Source of the DNA: Tubiluchus corallicola | Lineage: Eukaryota > Animalia > Priapulida | DNA length: 64,000 nucleotides | Reading direction: 5' to 3' | NCBI GenBank assembly: GCA_030141605.1 | Contig: JAQGDQ010000347.1 | Coordinates: 188,130 to 252,129 of the forward strand | Shown here: in pieces, positions 28,939 through 39,711 of the stretch | Layout of the letters: each line of letters opens with the position of its first letter | Numbering within the stretch: position 1 is the stretch's first letter | Position numbers and translations under genes: made by a program | Notes under the pieces: generated by a model | Seen by the model: the letters and a program-made list of their open reading frames with translations, nothing else | Database searches by the model: none | What the model was told of the DNA's origin: nothing

Positions 28939-30261
28939 TTATATCACTTCTAATATCAGCACCCGGCCAGTTGCACCAGTTACCTTATAACGGTCGTCTA
29001 GCCTCCGCCCTATAACCCAAACAATCTGCCCATCATTCGACAGTATCCACGTACTCTCCTTTTCAGGTATGCTCATCTTGCAGTCAACAAAGAAATCGCT
29101 TACTTTTTTATATCCTGACATTCCCAAAGGCTTGAAATATTCGCCTTTCTCCCACCTTCTTATCAAAAGTGGGAATTGTATCTTATCATAATCAATGTAA
29201 GCAATATCAGGAGAGCCCGGTATTTCAAGTTCTCCTTCCACATGCTTTACACTCACCCGTATTTTTATTGGTTCACTTATTAAAGGCACCCCCTTTTCAA
29301 GATAGTAACATGATGCTTCATTGCGAGACAGTGGGGTAATAATAAACTCATTACGATTGTGAACAACCCGGTGTGATGGTGAAAAAAACTGCTTACCCGA
29401 AACCCCATCCATGCTACGAATAATATCATCAATAACACCACTCTTAAACTGGAACGGCTTTAAAAACTCAAAGATAAATTCGGATAACGGTTTTAATATT
29501 TTAAGCTCACTAATTGACAAATGGTAGTTATCTCCCACACGCACTGCAACACGTTCCCACGCCTGGGCTATCTCCTGATAGTAAATTACTGAAGCACCAT
29601 TTAAGTGCTTCATATTTTTTATCATTGTTGTCCTGAATGACGGATTGCATTCCTCCAAAATAGGCAACAGCAGGTGACGCACCTTATTACGCATAAAGTT
29701 GATATTCCGATTGCTTGAATCATCTCTGTAGAGCAGCCCCCTCTTTTGGCAATATTGCTCTATATCCTTTCGGGGAAAGTCCAATAATGGCCTTACTACC
29801 TTGCCATTCTCAGGTTTTATCCCTGTAAGGCCACGTAGCCCAGTACCTCTTATCAGATTCAGAAAAAAAGTCTCAATAGAGTCATCTCTGTTGTGAGCTA
29901 CTGCTATTTTATCATAGTGGTACCTCAAGCATATCTCCCTAAACCAGTTGTATCTCAACTCGCGGGCAGCCATCTCCACAGATATGCCGTCCTGTCTTGC
30001 ATACCCCAAAGTGTCAAAATCGGCCTTGTAATACTGTTTGTCATACTTTGCTGCCAAATCTTTGACAAACTGTTCATCTCTATCCGACTCATCTTCTCTA
30101 AGGTGAAAATTGCAGTGCGCAACACCAAATGCGAAACCTCCTCTGCTCATCAAATCGGCCAACACAACAGAGTCAACGCCTCCACTTACTCCAACCAAAA
30201 CCGTCTCCTCGCTCGAAAACAGATTGTGATTCTCTATATATTCAATAAAAGAACTCAGCAT
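28939..30261 (-). CDS. tilS: tRNA(Ile)-lysidine synthetase
   Basis: PP-loop SGGVDS, EMAARELRY, AHNRDDSIETF, RPLL, RNKVR, TilS C-terminal domain. Confidence 0.96.
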   Translation of the reverse strand: MLSSFIEYIENHNLFSSEETVLVGVSGGVDSVVLADLMSRGGFAFGVAHCNFHLREDESDRDEQFVKDLAAKYDKQYYKADFDTLGYARQDGISVEMAARELRYNWFREICLRYHYDKIAVAHNRDDSIETFFLNLIRGTGLRGLTGIKPENGKVVRPLLDFPRKDIEQYCQKRGLLYRDDSSNRNINFMRNKVRHLLLPILEECNPSFRTTMIKNMKHLNGASVIYYQEIAQAWERVAVRVGDNYHLSISELKILKPLSEFIFEFLKPFQFKSGVIDDIIRSMDGVSGKQFFSPSHRVVHNRNEFIITPLSRNEASCYYLEKGVPLISEPIKIRVSVKHVEGELEIPGSPDIAYIDYDKIQFPLLIRRWEKGEYFKPLGMSGYKKVSDFFVDCKMSIPEKESTWILSNDGQIVWVIGRRLDDRYKVTGATGRVLILEVI

Positions 30262-30328
30262 AAACACAGGTTCTGTATAAGTTGGATGGGAAGCAACCTC
30301 CAGTACTGAAATGTATGTATAAAACTAA

Positions 30329-31804
30329 TCAATATGACAATGCAAACACTACTCTTTTACGCGATGGCTTACCCGTAAGTATACATCTCCCCTCCTCCTC
30401 TTTTTCATCGAAAGGGATACACCGGATAGTTGCCTTTGTCTGCTCTTTTATACGCTGCTCTGTTTCACATGACCCATCCCAGTGAGCTTTAACAAAGCCA
30501 CCCTTGTCCTTTAACACATCTTTAAATTCATCAAAGGTGTCGACTGATACAGTATTGGCCTCCCTGAACGATAGAGCCTTGCTATATATACCTGTCTGAA
30601 TCTCATTTAGCAATCTGCCTATATAACCCTCTATACCAGTCAGTGGTACAACTGTCTTCTCCAAGGTATCACGACGTGCAATCTCAACAGTTTCATTCTC
30701 CAGGTCACGCTGTCCTATAGCCATACGTACCGGAACACCCTTCATTTCATATTCTGCAAATTTCCACCCGGGACGATGAGAGTCCCTGTCATCATATTTT
30801 ACACTTATTCCTTTTTCAACAAGACTCTCTTTTATCTCATTAGCTTTTGTCGAAATCGCAGACAGTTGCTCACTATTTTTATAAATTGGAACAATCACGA
30901 CCTGAAAGGGCGCAAGTTTAGGAGGAAGAATTAATCCGTTATTATCGGAGTGAGCCATAATAAGGGCACCCATCAGACGGGTGGATACTCCCCACGAAGT
31001 TGCCCATACGTAATCCATTCCCCCCTCTTTAGTGGCAAATTGAACATCAAACGCTTTCGCAAAATTTTGCCCAAGAAAATGAGATGTCCCTGACTGTAAT
31101 GCCTTCCCATCCTGCATCAGAGCCTCAATAGTATACGTTTCAAGTGCACCGGCAAACCGCTCATTAGCAGTTTTAGAGCCTTGTATAACAGGCATGGCCA
31201 TAAATTTCTCAGCAAACTCCACATATATATTTATCATCTGCCTTGTCTCTTGCATAGCCTCCTCCCTAGTAGCGTGAGCAGTGTGCCCCTCTTGCCATAA
31301 AAACTCGGCAGTGCGTAAAAACATACGGGTGCGCATCTCCCAGCGCACAACATTCGCCCATTGATTACAAAGAATAGGAAGATCTCTATACGACTGTATC
31401 CAGTTTTTGTACGTATTCCATATTATTGTTTCCGAGGTTGGCCTGATTATCAGCTCTTCTTCAAGCTTCGCTTCCGGGTCGACCTCAACACCTGCACCAT
31501 CTTTCAAGTCCCTCAGACGATAGTGTGTAACAACAGCACACTCCTTGGCAAACCCTTCAACATGATCAGCCTCTTTGGAGAAAAATGACTTAGGAATGAA
31601 TAGAGGGAAGTATGCATTTACATGGCCGGTATCTTTAAACATGCGATCAAGCTCAGACTGCATATTTTCCCAAATTGCATATCCATAAGGCTTAATTACC
31701 ATACAGCCCCGCACAACTGAGTTTTCCGCCAGGCCGGCCTTTATAACTAAATCATTGTACCATTGAGAATAATTTTCCTCTTTTGGTGTAATTCCTTTCG
31801 CCAT
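30329..31804 (-). CDS. proS: Proline--tRNA ligase (archaeal/eukaryotic type)
   Basis: [51 protein letters not shown] at 31804 preferred. Confidence 0.97.
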   Translation of the reverse strand: MAKGITPKEENYSQWYNDLVIKAGLAENSVVRGCMVIKPYGYAIWENMQSELDRMFKDTGHVNAYFPLFIPKSFFSKEADHVEGFAKECAVVTHYRLRDLKDGAGVEVDPEAKLEEELIIRPTSETIIWNTYKNWIQSYRDLPILCNQWANVVRWEMRTRMFLRTAEFLWQEGHTAHATREEAMQETRQMINIYVEFAEKFMAMPVIQGSKTANERFAGALETYTIEALMQDGKALQSGTSHFLGQNFAKAFDVQFATKEGGMDYVWATSWGVSTRLMGALIMAHSDNNGLILPPKLAPFQVVIVPIYKNSEQLSAISTKANEIKESLVEKGISVKYDDRDSHRPGWKFAEYEMKGVPVRMAIGQRDLENETVEIARRDTLEKTVVPLTGIEGYIGRLLNEIQTGIYSKALSFREANTVSVDTFDEFKDVLKDKGGFVKAHWDGSCETEQRIKEQTKATIRCIPFDEKEEEGRCILTGKPSRKRVVFALSY

Positions 31805-32158
31805 TTTACATTTTTTAGAACAATACTTCTCTGTGCTACACCACAAATGTGATTTTTTCAGAGATACAAAGTAAAGAAATATAATTAAATACGGCTAAGT
31901 AAAAAAAGAGGTAAACAGTAAGTCCTTCTCTTCTATTTTTACTCTTTTAATATACTATTTTATCATAGTATTATATTTGTTTAAATTCTACTATAGCTTT
32001 AAAATGTAAAAACGAGCCATCTGCAGAGCAAAAGATCGATGTTCAGATTGAAGAATAATTTGAAGATAACTGCAACTAATCAATATAAACGTGGGCTTTG
32101 AAGGGAGTCTTAATGAAAGTATTAATTAAAAATTGATTTTTACAAAAACCTCAAAACA

Positions 32159-33541
32159 ATGAAAAAAATGAACTATAAGGCCAAGGCACAGTTAGGCATT
32201 ATCACTTTTCTGCTGAGTGTATTTCCGTATATATCTTTTACACAGCCTATTACCGCAGATACTGCTTTGCAAGCATACCTAAATAATGGAGATAATTCAT
32301 ATAGCTGGAAAATAAAAGAGACATATACCATAGATGGAACTACAGTATATGTTTTACTGCTTACATCCCAAAAATGGCAAGGCTTCACTTGGGTACATCA
32401 ACTCAACATTATTGTTCCCGACAAATTAAATAAAAGAACAGGTCTACTATTTATATCCGGAGGGAAAATAACCGAAACCCTTCCCAAAGAGAAAAGCAAG
32501 AATCACAGTCTATTGTTGATGCTTGGCAAAATAGCCAAGGATAACCAAGCAATAACATCTGCTATTTGGCAGGTTCCTAACCAACCATTGTATAATGATC
32601 TCACCGAAGATGCCTTGATTTCATATACTTTGCACATGTATGAACAAGGTAGCAGTGCAAATAGGGACTATTCATGGCCTTTACTACTACCAATGACAAA
32701 AAGCGCTTTAAAAGCAATGGATGCCATACAGGAGTTTGCTAAAAAAGAGCTTGACAAAAATATTAATAAATTTACCGTGTCCGGGGAATCAAAAAGAGGA
32801 TGGACTGCATGGCTGACAGGGGCGAGTAAAGATAGAAGGGTTGCAGCTATAGCCCCTATAGTAATAGATGTGCTTAACATGCCTTTACAGATGGATTATC
32901 AGATTGATATATGGGGAGACTATAGTGCTCAGATAAATGATTACGTGAGCTTGGGAATCGCCCAAAAGGCTCACACAGATGAAGGGAAAGAGCTGGTTGC
33001 TATAATAGATCCTTATTCATACAGAAAAAATATTACCATGCCAAAAATGATATTTATTGGGACTAATGATGAGTATTGGCCTGTAGATGCTATTAAGCAT
33101 TATATAGACTCTATTCCCGGTAATGACAATTACATTCATTATGTGCCAAATGCAGGACACAACGCTGCCAAGGAGGTGCAACTGCACAGTGCGCTAAGTA
33201 GTTTTTTTGGTGTTGTTGCTAATAATGAAAGGCACCCTATTTGTAACTGGAGGGTTGAAGAGGGTGATAAAACAGTAAAACTAACAGTTAAAACTACTGC
33301 AGACAAACTTGAGAATGTGATTTTACGGCAGGCAGATTCAGGCAGCAGAGATTTTCGCCCTGCAAAGTGGGGCAGCAAAGCGCTGAATATTAGCAATCAG
33401 TCGATTGTAACTGTGGAATTTAAGTACCCCAATTCAGGATACCGCGCCTTCTATATAGATTTAGAGTATAGAAACTCCTTTGGTAAAACATACACAAAAA
33501 GTACACGTATGTTTGTTTCAGATACTACCAGAATACTGTAA
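32159..33541 (+). CDS. PqaA-family (PhoPQ-activated pathogenicity-related) secreted protein
   Basis: Signal peptide; LTSQKWQ, VPNQPL, EDALIS, LPMTKS, GESKRGWTAW, DPYSY, GTNDEYW, VPNAGH. Confidence 0.85.
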   Translation: MKKMNYKAKAQLGIITFLLSVFPYISFTQPITADTALQAYLNNGDNSYSWKIKETYTIDGTTVYVLLLTSQKWQGFTWVHQLNIIVPDKLNKRTGLLFISGGKITETLPKEKSKNHSLLLMLGKIAKDNQAITSAIWQVPNQPLYNDLTEDALISYTLHMYEQGSSANRDYSWPLLLPMTKSALKAMDAIQEFAKKELDKNINKFTVSGESKRGWTAWLTGASKDRRVAAIAPIVIDVLNMPLQMDYQIDIWGDYSAQINDYVSLGIAQKAHTDEGKELVAIIDPYSYRKNITMPKMIFIGTNDEYWPVDAIKHYIDSIPGNDNYIHYVPNAGHNAAKEVQLHSALSSFFGVVANNERHPICNWRVEEGDKTVKLTVKTTADKLENVILRQADSGSRDFRPAKWGSKALNISNQSIVTVEFKYPNSGYRAFYIDLEYRNSFGKTYTKSTRMFVSDTTRIL

Positions 33542-33632
33542 AACAGAAGCAAGAACTTTGTTTTTTATTTATTTGGTTAATCTATAACTTTACATCTGAG
33601 TCCGGGTTAATAAGTTTACACAAGTTAATAAT

Positions 33633-34934
33633 ATGAGATATAAATTGAATAACAGATGCTCTCAGTTTGGAATACGATCATCTATTATTTCTGTCTTTCT
33701 GCTCTCCTTTTTTGTTGCTTACGCACAAGATACATTAAGTGTAGGAGCAGCAATGCGGGTTATTACCCCTTCTCCATTGTTGCCGGTGTCAGGAGGGATT
33801 GGAATGCCATTAAAGACAAAAGCCAGCAAAGGAGAGCTATCTGTAAGGGCGATGGTCTTAGAAAAGGGGCAAACAAAGATAGCAATTGTAGGGGTAGATA
33901 ATATGGGATGGCCTGCTGCACTAGGTGATAAGTCGAGAGAACTAATAAAGCACATTCCCGCAGATAATATATTAATAGGAGCAACACATACACATAGTGC
34001 TCCAGATGCGTACGGTTTTGTTGACAGGCAGGGGAACTCTTCCGCTAACCCAGAGTATTTATCGTGGTGTGTTCGACAAATTGCTGATGCTGTAAATGAA
34101 GCATTTGAGAATAGACAACCTGCAAAGCTAAAAATTGCTGTTGAGAAAGCCCGGGGAAAAATAGCATTCAACTATTATGCAGACCGCCTTTATGATCCGA
34201 GATGCGGAGTAATACAAGCCATTGCAAATAAAGATAACAGGCCTATCATTACTTTGGTAAACTATGCCATTCATCCGGAGGTAATAGGGGCTAAGCAGGA
34301 AATCTTAACCCCCGACTTATGTGGGCCGCTATATGACAAAATAGAGAGCGAAACAGGAAGCATGGCACTGTTTATGAATAGTGCCCAGGGAGGTATGGTA
34401 ACAGCAGATAATAGAGGAGAAGATGGAAAGCTTATAAGAACATGGGGAGAATGTGTGCGTATTGGTGAGCTTTTAGCAGATGAAGCTCTGAGAATCATTG
34501 CTAAATCGGAAGTGCAAGAAAGCCCCACACTGTATTGCAATATAAAAACAATAGCACTTCCGGTAGAGTCGGAGCTAATGAAAAAAATACTTCAAAAACA
34601 GCCGGCAATACAAAAAGAGGTTTCGGGAGATCACCTCAATATCATAACATCTTTAAACCTACTAAATATCGGAACAGCGCAAATAGTCACAGTTCCCGGA
34701 GAAGCACTGCCTAATATAGGTTATTACATTAAACGAAAAATGAATACAATCCACCCTTTTGTATTTGGACTGACAAATGATGCCTATGGTTACATTATGA
34801 CTAAAGAGGACTACAACAGCTTTAAAGTTTATGATTATATAACCAAAGTCTGTTTAGGAGAAAAAACAGGTGAAATTTACATTGATAAAGTAATAGAGTT
34901 AATAAATGAGAGTCCCTCTTCAGAAGGTAGCTGA
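33633..34934 (+). CDS. Neutral/alkaline ceramidase N-terminal-domain-like secreted protein
   Basis: VGAAMRVITP, LSVRAMVL, metal motif ATHTHSAPD, NYAIHPE, PGEA, GLTNDAYGY; signal peptide. Confidence 0.65.
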   Translation: MRYKLNNRCSQFGIRSSIISVFLLSFFVAYAQDTLSVGAAMRVITPSPLLPVSGGIGMPLKTKASKGELSVRAMVLEKGQTKIAIVGVDNMGWPAALGDKSRELIKHIPADNILIGATHTHSAPDAYGFVDRQGNSSANPEYLSWCVRQIADAVNEAFENRQPAKLKIAVEKARGKIAFNYYADRLYDPRCGVIQAIANKDNRPIITLVNYAIHPEVIGAKQEILTPDLCGPLYDKIESETGSMALFMNSAQGGMVTADNRGEDGKLIRTWGECVRIGELLADEALRIIAKSEVQESPTLYCNIKTIALPVESELMKKILQKQPAIQKEVSGDHLNIITSLNLLNIGTAQIVTVPGEALPNIGYYIKRKMNTIHPFVFGLTNDAYGYIMTKEDYNSFKVYDYITKVCLGEKTGEIYIDKVIELINESPSSEGS

Positions 34935-35067
34935 AAGCAGTATTCACTCATCCCTCTTTCATGACCAACTCCCCCTAAGCCACCAGAGTTATTAGCCCCG
35001 GAACAACATATTAAGCTTTACAAAACTACTGGTTTCCGGAATAGCCAGGGTAGCGTACCTTTCTTCG

Positions 35068-37053
35068 TTAAGCTTGCTTCTTTCCTATCTGTGCTTTATC
35101 AATCAAGATAACTCCTGTTGATGCAGTGTTTGCCTTGCTTAGAATTGACTTAATCGTTTGGACTATCCCCTCTGTATCAAACCCACACTTCCTATAAAGT
35201 TCACTAACGGTGCCATGCTCTACAAAAGTATCGGGTACTCCAAGGCATTTCACACTACCCTGATACTTTAGCGTGGACAAGTATTCGATTACAGTACTGC
35301 CAAATCCCCCTTCAATTACTCCATCTTCTACAGTAACTATATGCTCATGTTTTTTGGCAATACTATTCAGTATCTCCGTATCTAATGGTTTCACAAAGCG
35401 CATATCGTAATGAGCAACAGAGATTCCCTGCCCTTTAAGCATTTCGCACGCCTCTACCACAAAGTTACCCGGATGTCCTATTGAAAGGACAACAATATCT
35501 TCACCATCTGCAATTTTTCGGCCTTTGCCCACCGGTATTTCGACAAAAGAATCTTCCTGAGCTATAATAGCACTATCTCCCTTTGGGTACCGAATAGAGA
35601 AGGGCCCTTTGTCCGGCAGCTGAGCTGTATACATAAGGTTTTGCAACTCCGTTCCATTCATTGGAGCCGAAACAGTCATATTGGGAATATTTCGCATGAA
35701 TGCCAAATCAAAAGTCCCATGATGAGTAGGGCCGTCAGCTTCTACCAAACCTGACCTGTCCATGCAGAAAACAACATTCAGGTTTTGGAGCGCCACATCG
35801 TGTATAATCTGGTCGTACGATCGCTGCATAAAAGATGAGTATATATTGCAAAATGGAAGCATTCCTCCAGCAGCCATCCCTGCGGAAAATGTGACAGCGT
35901 GCTGTTCAGCTATTCCTACGTCAAATGTGCGCTCAGGCATCTTTCTCATCATAATATTTAATGAACAACCTGTCGGCATTGCAGGAGTAACCCCTACAAT
36001 CTTATCATTCTTTTCTGCCAGCTTAAGAACAGTTTCTCCAAATATCTGTTGATACCTGAAAGACTGATCATTATCTGTTATTTTACTGATAACCTCCCCT
36101 GTGTTTATATCGAATATACCAGGCGCTGCATGCCATTTTGTAGCGTTCTTCTCTGCCGGGGCAAATCCCTTCCCTTTTTTTGTACGTACATGGAGTAATT
36201 TTGGCCCGGGAATTTTTCTAAAACTACTTAGTAAATGAGATAAATAGATTACATCGTGTCCATTAACAGGGCCAAAGTATCTGAAGCCAAAAGATTCAAA
36301 AAGATTACTCTGCTTTAGTAATAAAGATTTTACTGCATGTTGATGCTGCTGTATCATTCTGCGCGTTACCGGGCCAAACCTCTTTCCTCCTCCTAGTATT
36401 TTCCATATTCCCGATTTGAGCTTATTATATAAAGAAGAGGTCTGCATTTGCACCAGATATCTGCTTATACCACCTACATTAGGGTCTATAGACATATTGT
36501 TATCATTCAGAATAACAAGAACATCGGCGTTGTTTGTTGCTGCGTTGTTTAGCCCTTCAAAAGCCATTCCTCCCGTCATTGCACCATCTCCTATAACGGC
36601 TACTACTTTACGAGGATCATCCTTCTGTAGCTTTGAGGCAGTCGCCAGTCCAAGCGCAGCAGATATTGATGTAGACGCATGCCCCACTCCAAATGCGTCA
36701 AATTCACTCTCAGACATACTTGGGAAACCGCTTATTCCCCCATATTTACGGTTAGTATGGAATTTACCTCGACGGCCTGTAAGAATTTTGTGCCCATAGG
36801 CCTGGTGCCCCACATCCCACACCAACTTGTCGTATGGAGTGTTATAGCTGTAGTGTAAAGCTACTGTCAGCTCTACTACTCCCAAGCTCGCTCCAAGGTG
36901 TCCAGGGTTAGAAGATACCTCTTTTATAATGAACTTTCTCAGTTCATCACAAACTTCGGGGAGCTGCTTTCGCTCCAACTGACGTAGATCTTCAGGGTAG
37001 CTGATTTTATCAAGTATCCCTATGTTCTCATCTTCTCCTGCTCGTAACGTCAT
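35068..37053 (-). CDS. dxs: 1-deoxy-D-xylulose-5-phosphate synthase
   Basis: GHLGASLGVVEL, WDVGHQAY, ThDP motif GDGAMTGG...NDNNMSI, FDVGIAEQH, DGPTHHG. Confidence 0.97.
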   Translation of the reverse strand: MTLRAGEDENIGILDKISYPEDLRQLERKQLPEVCDELRKFIIKEVSSNPGHLGASLGVVELTVALHYSYNTPYDKLVWDVGHQAYGHKILTGRRGKFHTNRKYGGISGFPSMSESEFDAFGVGHASTSISAALGLATASKLQKDDPRKVVAVIGDGAMTGGMAFEGLNNAATNNADVLVILNDNNMSIDPNVGGISRYLVQMQTSSLYNKLKSGIWKILGGGKRFGPVTRRMIQQHQHAVKSLLLKQSNLFESFGFRYFGPVNGHDVIYLSHLLSSFRKIPGPKLLHVRTKKGKGFAPAEKNATKWHAAPGIFDINTGEVISKITDNDQSFRYQQIFGETVLKLAEKNDKIVGVTPAMPTGCSLNIMMRKMPERTFDVGIAEQHAVTFSAGMAAGGMLPFCNIYSSFMQRSYDQIIHDVALQNLNVVFCMDRSGLVEADGPTHHGTFDLAFMRNIPNMTVSAPMNGTELQNLMYTAQLPDKGPFSIRYPKGDSAIIAQEDSFVEIPVGKGRKIADGEDIVVLSIGHPGNFVVEACEMLKGQGISVAHYDMRFVKPLDTEILNSIAKKHEHIVTVEDGVIEGGFGSTVIEYLSTLKYQGSVKCLGVPDTFVEHGTVSELYRKCGFDTEGIVQTIKSILSKANTASTGVILIDKAQIGKKQA

Positions 37054-37084
37054 ACAAAGTTTTTATTTTTTTTAACATTTACCA

Positions 37085-37092
37085 CAAAGGTA
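37085..37092 (-). promoter_or_regulatory. -7 promoter box for dxs
   Basis: TACCTTTG on the minus strand about 30 bp upstream of the start. Confidence 0.5.
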
Positions 37093-37223
37093 AATAAATT
37101 AGATTGCTGTGCCATAATTATTAATCTCCCCCCCTATGAACTTTATTTTATATTTGGTACTTTCGTCATATTAAAGGCGAAAGAGGATAACAAATAATCA
37201 CAATATTAATAATACTCCAAAAA

Positions 37224-38180
37224 ATGAGTAGCATGAAAAATGTACTATTAAGGCTTTTTGCTTCAGCCATTGCAATATCATTTTTTGCCTCATGTGTTTC
37301 AGTGAATGAATTTAATAAAGCTAAGGATGCCCTAAAGGAGTGTGATGAAGAGCTTCAACTGTTAAGAAAGGAGTTTAATGAGGCGGAAGTAAGGGCAAAT
37401 GAGTCTGGTGCGAAGGCAAGGAGATTTGAATCTGTGACAAATGAGTTACAGAAGCAAGTTGACACCCTAGAGGAGAAGGTGAGCAGCCTGGAGCGTAACA
37501 ATAAGCGACTGGAGGATATCAATAGTGTGCTGGATGAGCAATTAAAAGCAGCCAAGTCAGAAGGTAGCGAGCAAATCACGCAGCTACTTAACGATTTGGA
37601 GAAAACCAGATTGGAGCTCGAAGCCCGAGAGGAAAAACTGGTGGAGAGAAACCGCAGGTTACAGGAGCTGGAAAATCTGCTCTCCCAAAAAGATCAGTCT
37701 ATAAAGGCTCTCAAAGAAAGTGTTGTAAATGCTCTTACCGGGTATCAGGATCTTGGTGTCTCCGTAACCGAGAAAAACGGGCGAGTGTATGTATCTTTAG
37801 ATGAGAAGTTGCTATTTGAAACGGGGAAGTACAACGTAGCAGCAAATGGGAGAGATGCGCTAAAAAAATTATCTGTAGTGCTGGCTTCCAATACCGATAT
37901 CGATATATTGGTAGAAGGACATACAGATGATGTACCGTTGCGAAGCGCGGGGGAAATAAAGGACAACTGGGATTTGAGTGTTATGCGTGCCAATTCAGTT
38001 ACAAAGATATTGCTTCAAAATAGACAACTAGATCCAAAGCGTATCATCTCAGCGGGCCGTAGCAGCTATGTTCCTATTGATCCGGATAAAACAGTAGCAG
38101 CGCGTCAAAAGAATCGACGTACAGAGATCATTCTATCCCCCGATTTGGGAAAACTATTTGAGCTGTTAGAAAAAAACTGA
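37224..38180 (+). CDS. OmpA/MotB-family peptidoglycan-binding lipoprotein with coiled coil
   Basis: Lipobox FASC; long heptad region; VEGHTDDVP, NWDLSVMRA, NRRTEIIL. Confidence 0.88.
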   Translation: MSSMKNVLLRLFASAIAISFFASCVSVNEFNKAKDALKECDEELQLLRKEFNEAEVRANESGAKARRFESVTNELQKQVDTLEEKVSSLERNNKRLEDINSVLDEQLKAAKSEGSEQITQLLNDLEKTRLELEAREEKLVERNRRLQELENLLSQKDQSIKALKESVVNALTGYQDLGVSVTEKNGRVYVSLDEKLLFETGKYNVAANGRDALKKLSVVLASNTDIDILVEGHTDDVPLRSAGEIKDNWDLSVMRANSVTKILLQNRQLDPKRIISAGRSSYVPIDPDKTVAARQKNRRTEIILSPDLGKLFELLEKN

Positions 38181-38243
38181 AACTTACGAGGTAAAGCTAA
38201 TTCGTCGGCCTTTATAGTTATACCATCACATGAGGTTACTATC

Positions 38244-39110
38244 TCAAAGATAGTGCCACAAGAGCTCCAATGCCTGCTGGTAGTATCCGCTACCAAACAG
38301 ATTCAGGTGATTCATAACATGGTATAGCATGTATATATTCTCCCTTTCCTCATCTCCGGCAGGCAGAGGATAAGACTCTTTATAAGATTTGTAAAATGAG
38401 TGGGGAAAGCCTCCAAAAAGTCTTGTCATAGCGAGGTCAGCCTCTCTGTGCCCGTAGTATACAGCCGGATCAATGAGCACAGGATCGCCATGATTATCAC
38501 ACATATAATTACCACTCCATAAGTCGCCATGTAGCAATGACGGTTGCTCATCACCTCCTTTGAGTATCTCCTCTATTCTACCCTCTATCAGATGAAATCC
38601 CCTCTTCAGCTTGTCTGTTGCGTAACCTTTTTTTTCAGATAACCTGAATTGATACAGTAGTCTTTTGTTAAAGAAAAAGTCTGTCCAGCTACCAACTTCC
38701 TTCCCTTCCGGAATGTTTTTCTGAGGTGTTGCACCTATGAAGTTGTCTTCCTTAAATCCAAAAGAGGAAGAGTGGCAACGATGCAGAGAGGCAAATTTTC
38801 TGCCAAAATCTTCAAAAAAATCTGACTTCTTTCTGCCTTGCGGAATATATTCCAGAAGAAGAAAGTTTGAGTCCTCAATAATAACTTCAGGTATTCTTAT
38901 CGAACCTGATAGAGCAAGCTCCCTCAACCCAGCAGCCTCGTTATGAAACATTTTCCCACTAAAACCTGATTTGAGAAAGTACTCCTTCCCACTTTTTGTC
39001 ACTATACGTTGCGAGTTGGCTATACATCCTCCCCCAACGTCATTGAAGTCAGCTATGGATTCTCCAGTACCGACTTCTATTTTTGAAGCGATACTTTTGT
39101 CAATTGCCAT
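38244..39110 (-). CDS. Fructosamine/ketosamine-3-kinase family protein
   Basis: VGGGCI, FLKS, DNFIGATPQ, PSLLHGDLWSGN, IDPAVYYGHREADLAM. Confidence 0.92.
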   Translation of the reverse strand: MAIDKSIASKIEVGTGESIADFNDVGGGCIANSQRIVTKSGKEYFLKSGFSGKMFHNEAAGLRELALSGSIRIPEVIIEDSNFLLLEYIPQGRKKSDFFEDFGRKFASLHRCHSSSFGFKEDNFIGATPQKNIPEGKEVGSWTDFFFNKRLLYQFRLSEKKGYATDKLKRGFHLIEGRIEEILKGGDEQPSLLHGDLWSGNYMCDNHGDPVLIDPAVYYGHREADLAMTRLFGGFPHSFYKSYKESYPLPAGDEERENIYMLYHVMNHLNLFGSGYYQQALELLWHYL

Positions 39111-39567
39111 CACGAAGATGTTTTACCAGCCCGGCACACGCATCTTCCAGTATGTCAAGCACCAGCTCAAACTCCTTTCCTCCTCCATAATAAGGATCAG
39201 GAACCGTATCGTAGTTGTAAGCGCTTGAAAAATCGGTCATACGATACACTTTTGACCTATCAGTATTATTCTTTGCCAGAGAATACAGATCCTGTATGTT
39301 TTGATCATCCATGCCGATAATCATATCGAATTTATCAAAATCAGTATCATTTATCTGGCGGGATATACTAGTCAGCCTATATCCTCTTTTTGAAGCATGT
39401 GTTCGCATTCTCTTATCAGCAGGGCTTCCTTCATGGTAGCCGACAATTCCTGCAGAATCGCAGTATACTTCTTTGAGCCCTTCTTTTTTTACCATGTCAC
39501 TCATCACTGCTTCCGCACTTGGAGAGCGACATATATTTCCGAGGCAAACAAATAGCAGGTTTTTCAT
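39100..39567 (-). CDS. Low-molecular-weight protein-tyrosine phosphatase
   Basis: P-loop VCLGNICRSP, DSAG, PDPYYG. Confidence 0.95.
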   Translation of the reverse strand: MKNLLFVCLGNICRSPSAEAVMSDMVKKEGLKEVYCDSAGIVGYHEGSPADKRMRTHASKRGYRLTSISRQINDTDFDKFDMIIGMDDQNIQDLYSLAKNNTDRSKVYRMTDFSSAYNYDTVPDPYYGGGKEFELVLDILEDACAGLVKHLRDGN

Positions 39568-39711
39568 CTGTTTATTATTTTAATTTTCACGTGTCACTGA
39601 GTTCAAATTTGATAAGATTTGTTCAGATACACAAAATAATACAAAATATCCTTCTCTTTTTTTAATTTCAACTTTGATCTCTCGCAATAAAATCGGAGTT
39701 TTGTTTTTCTG

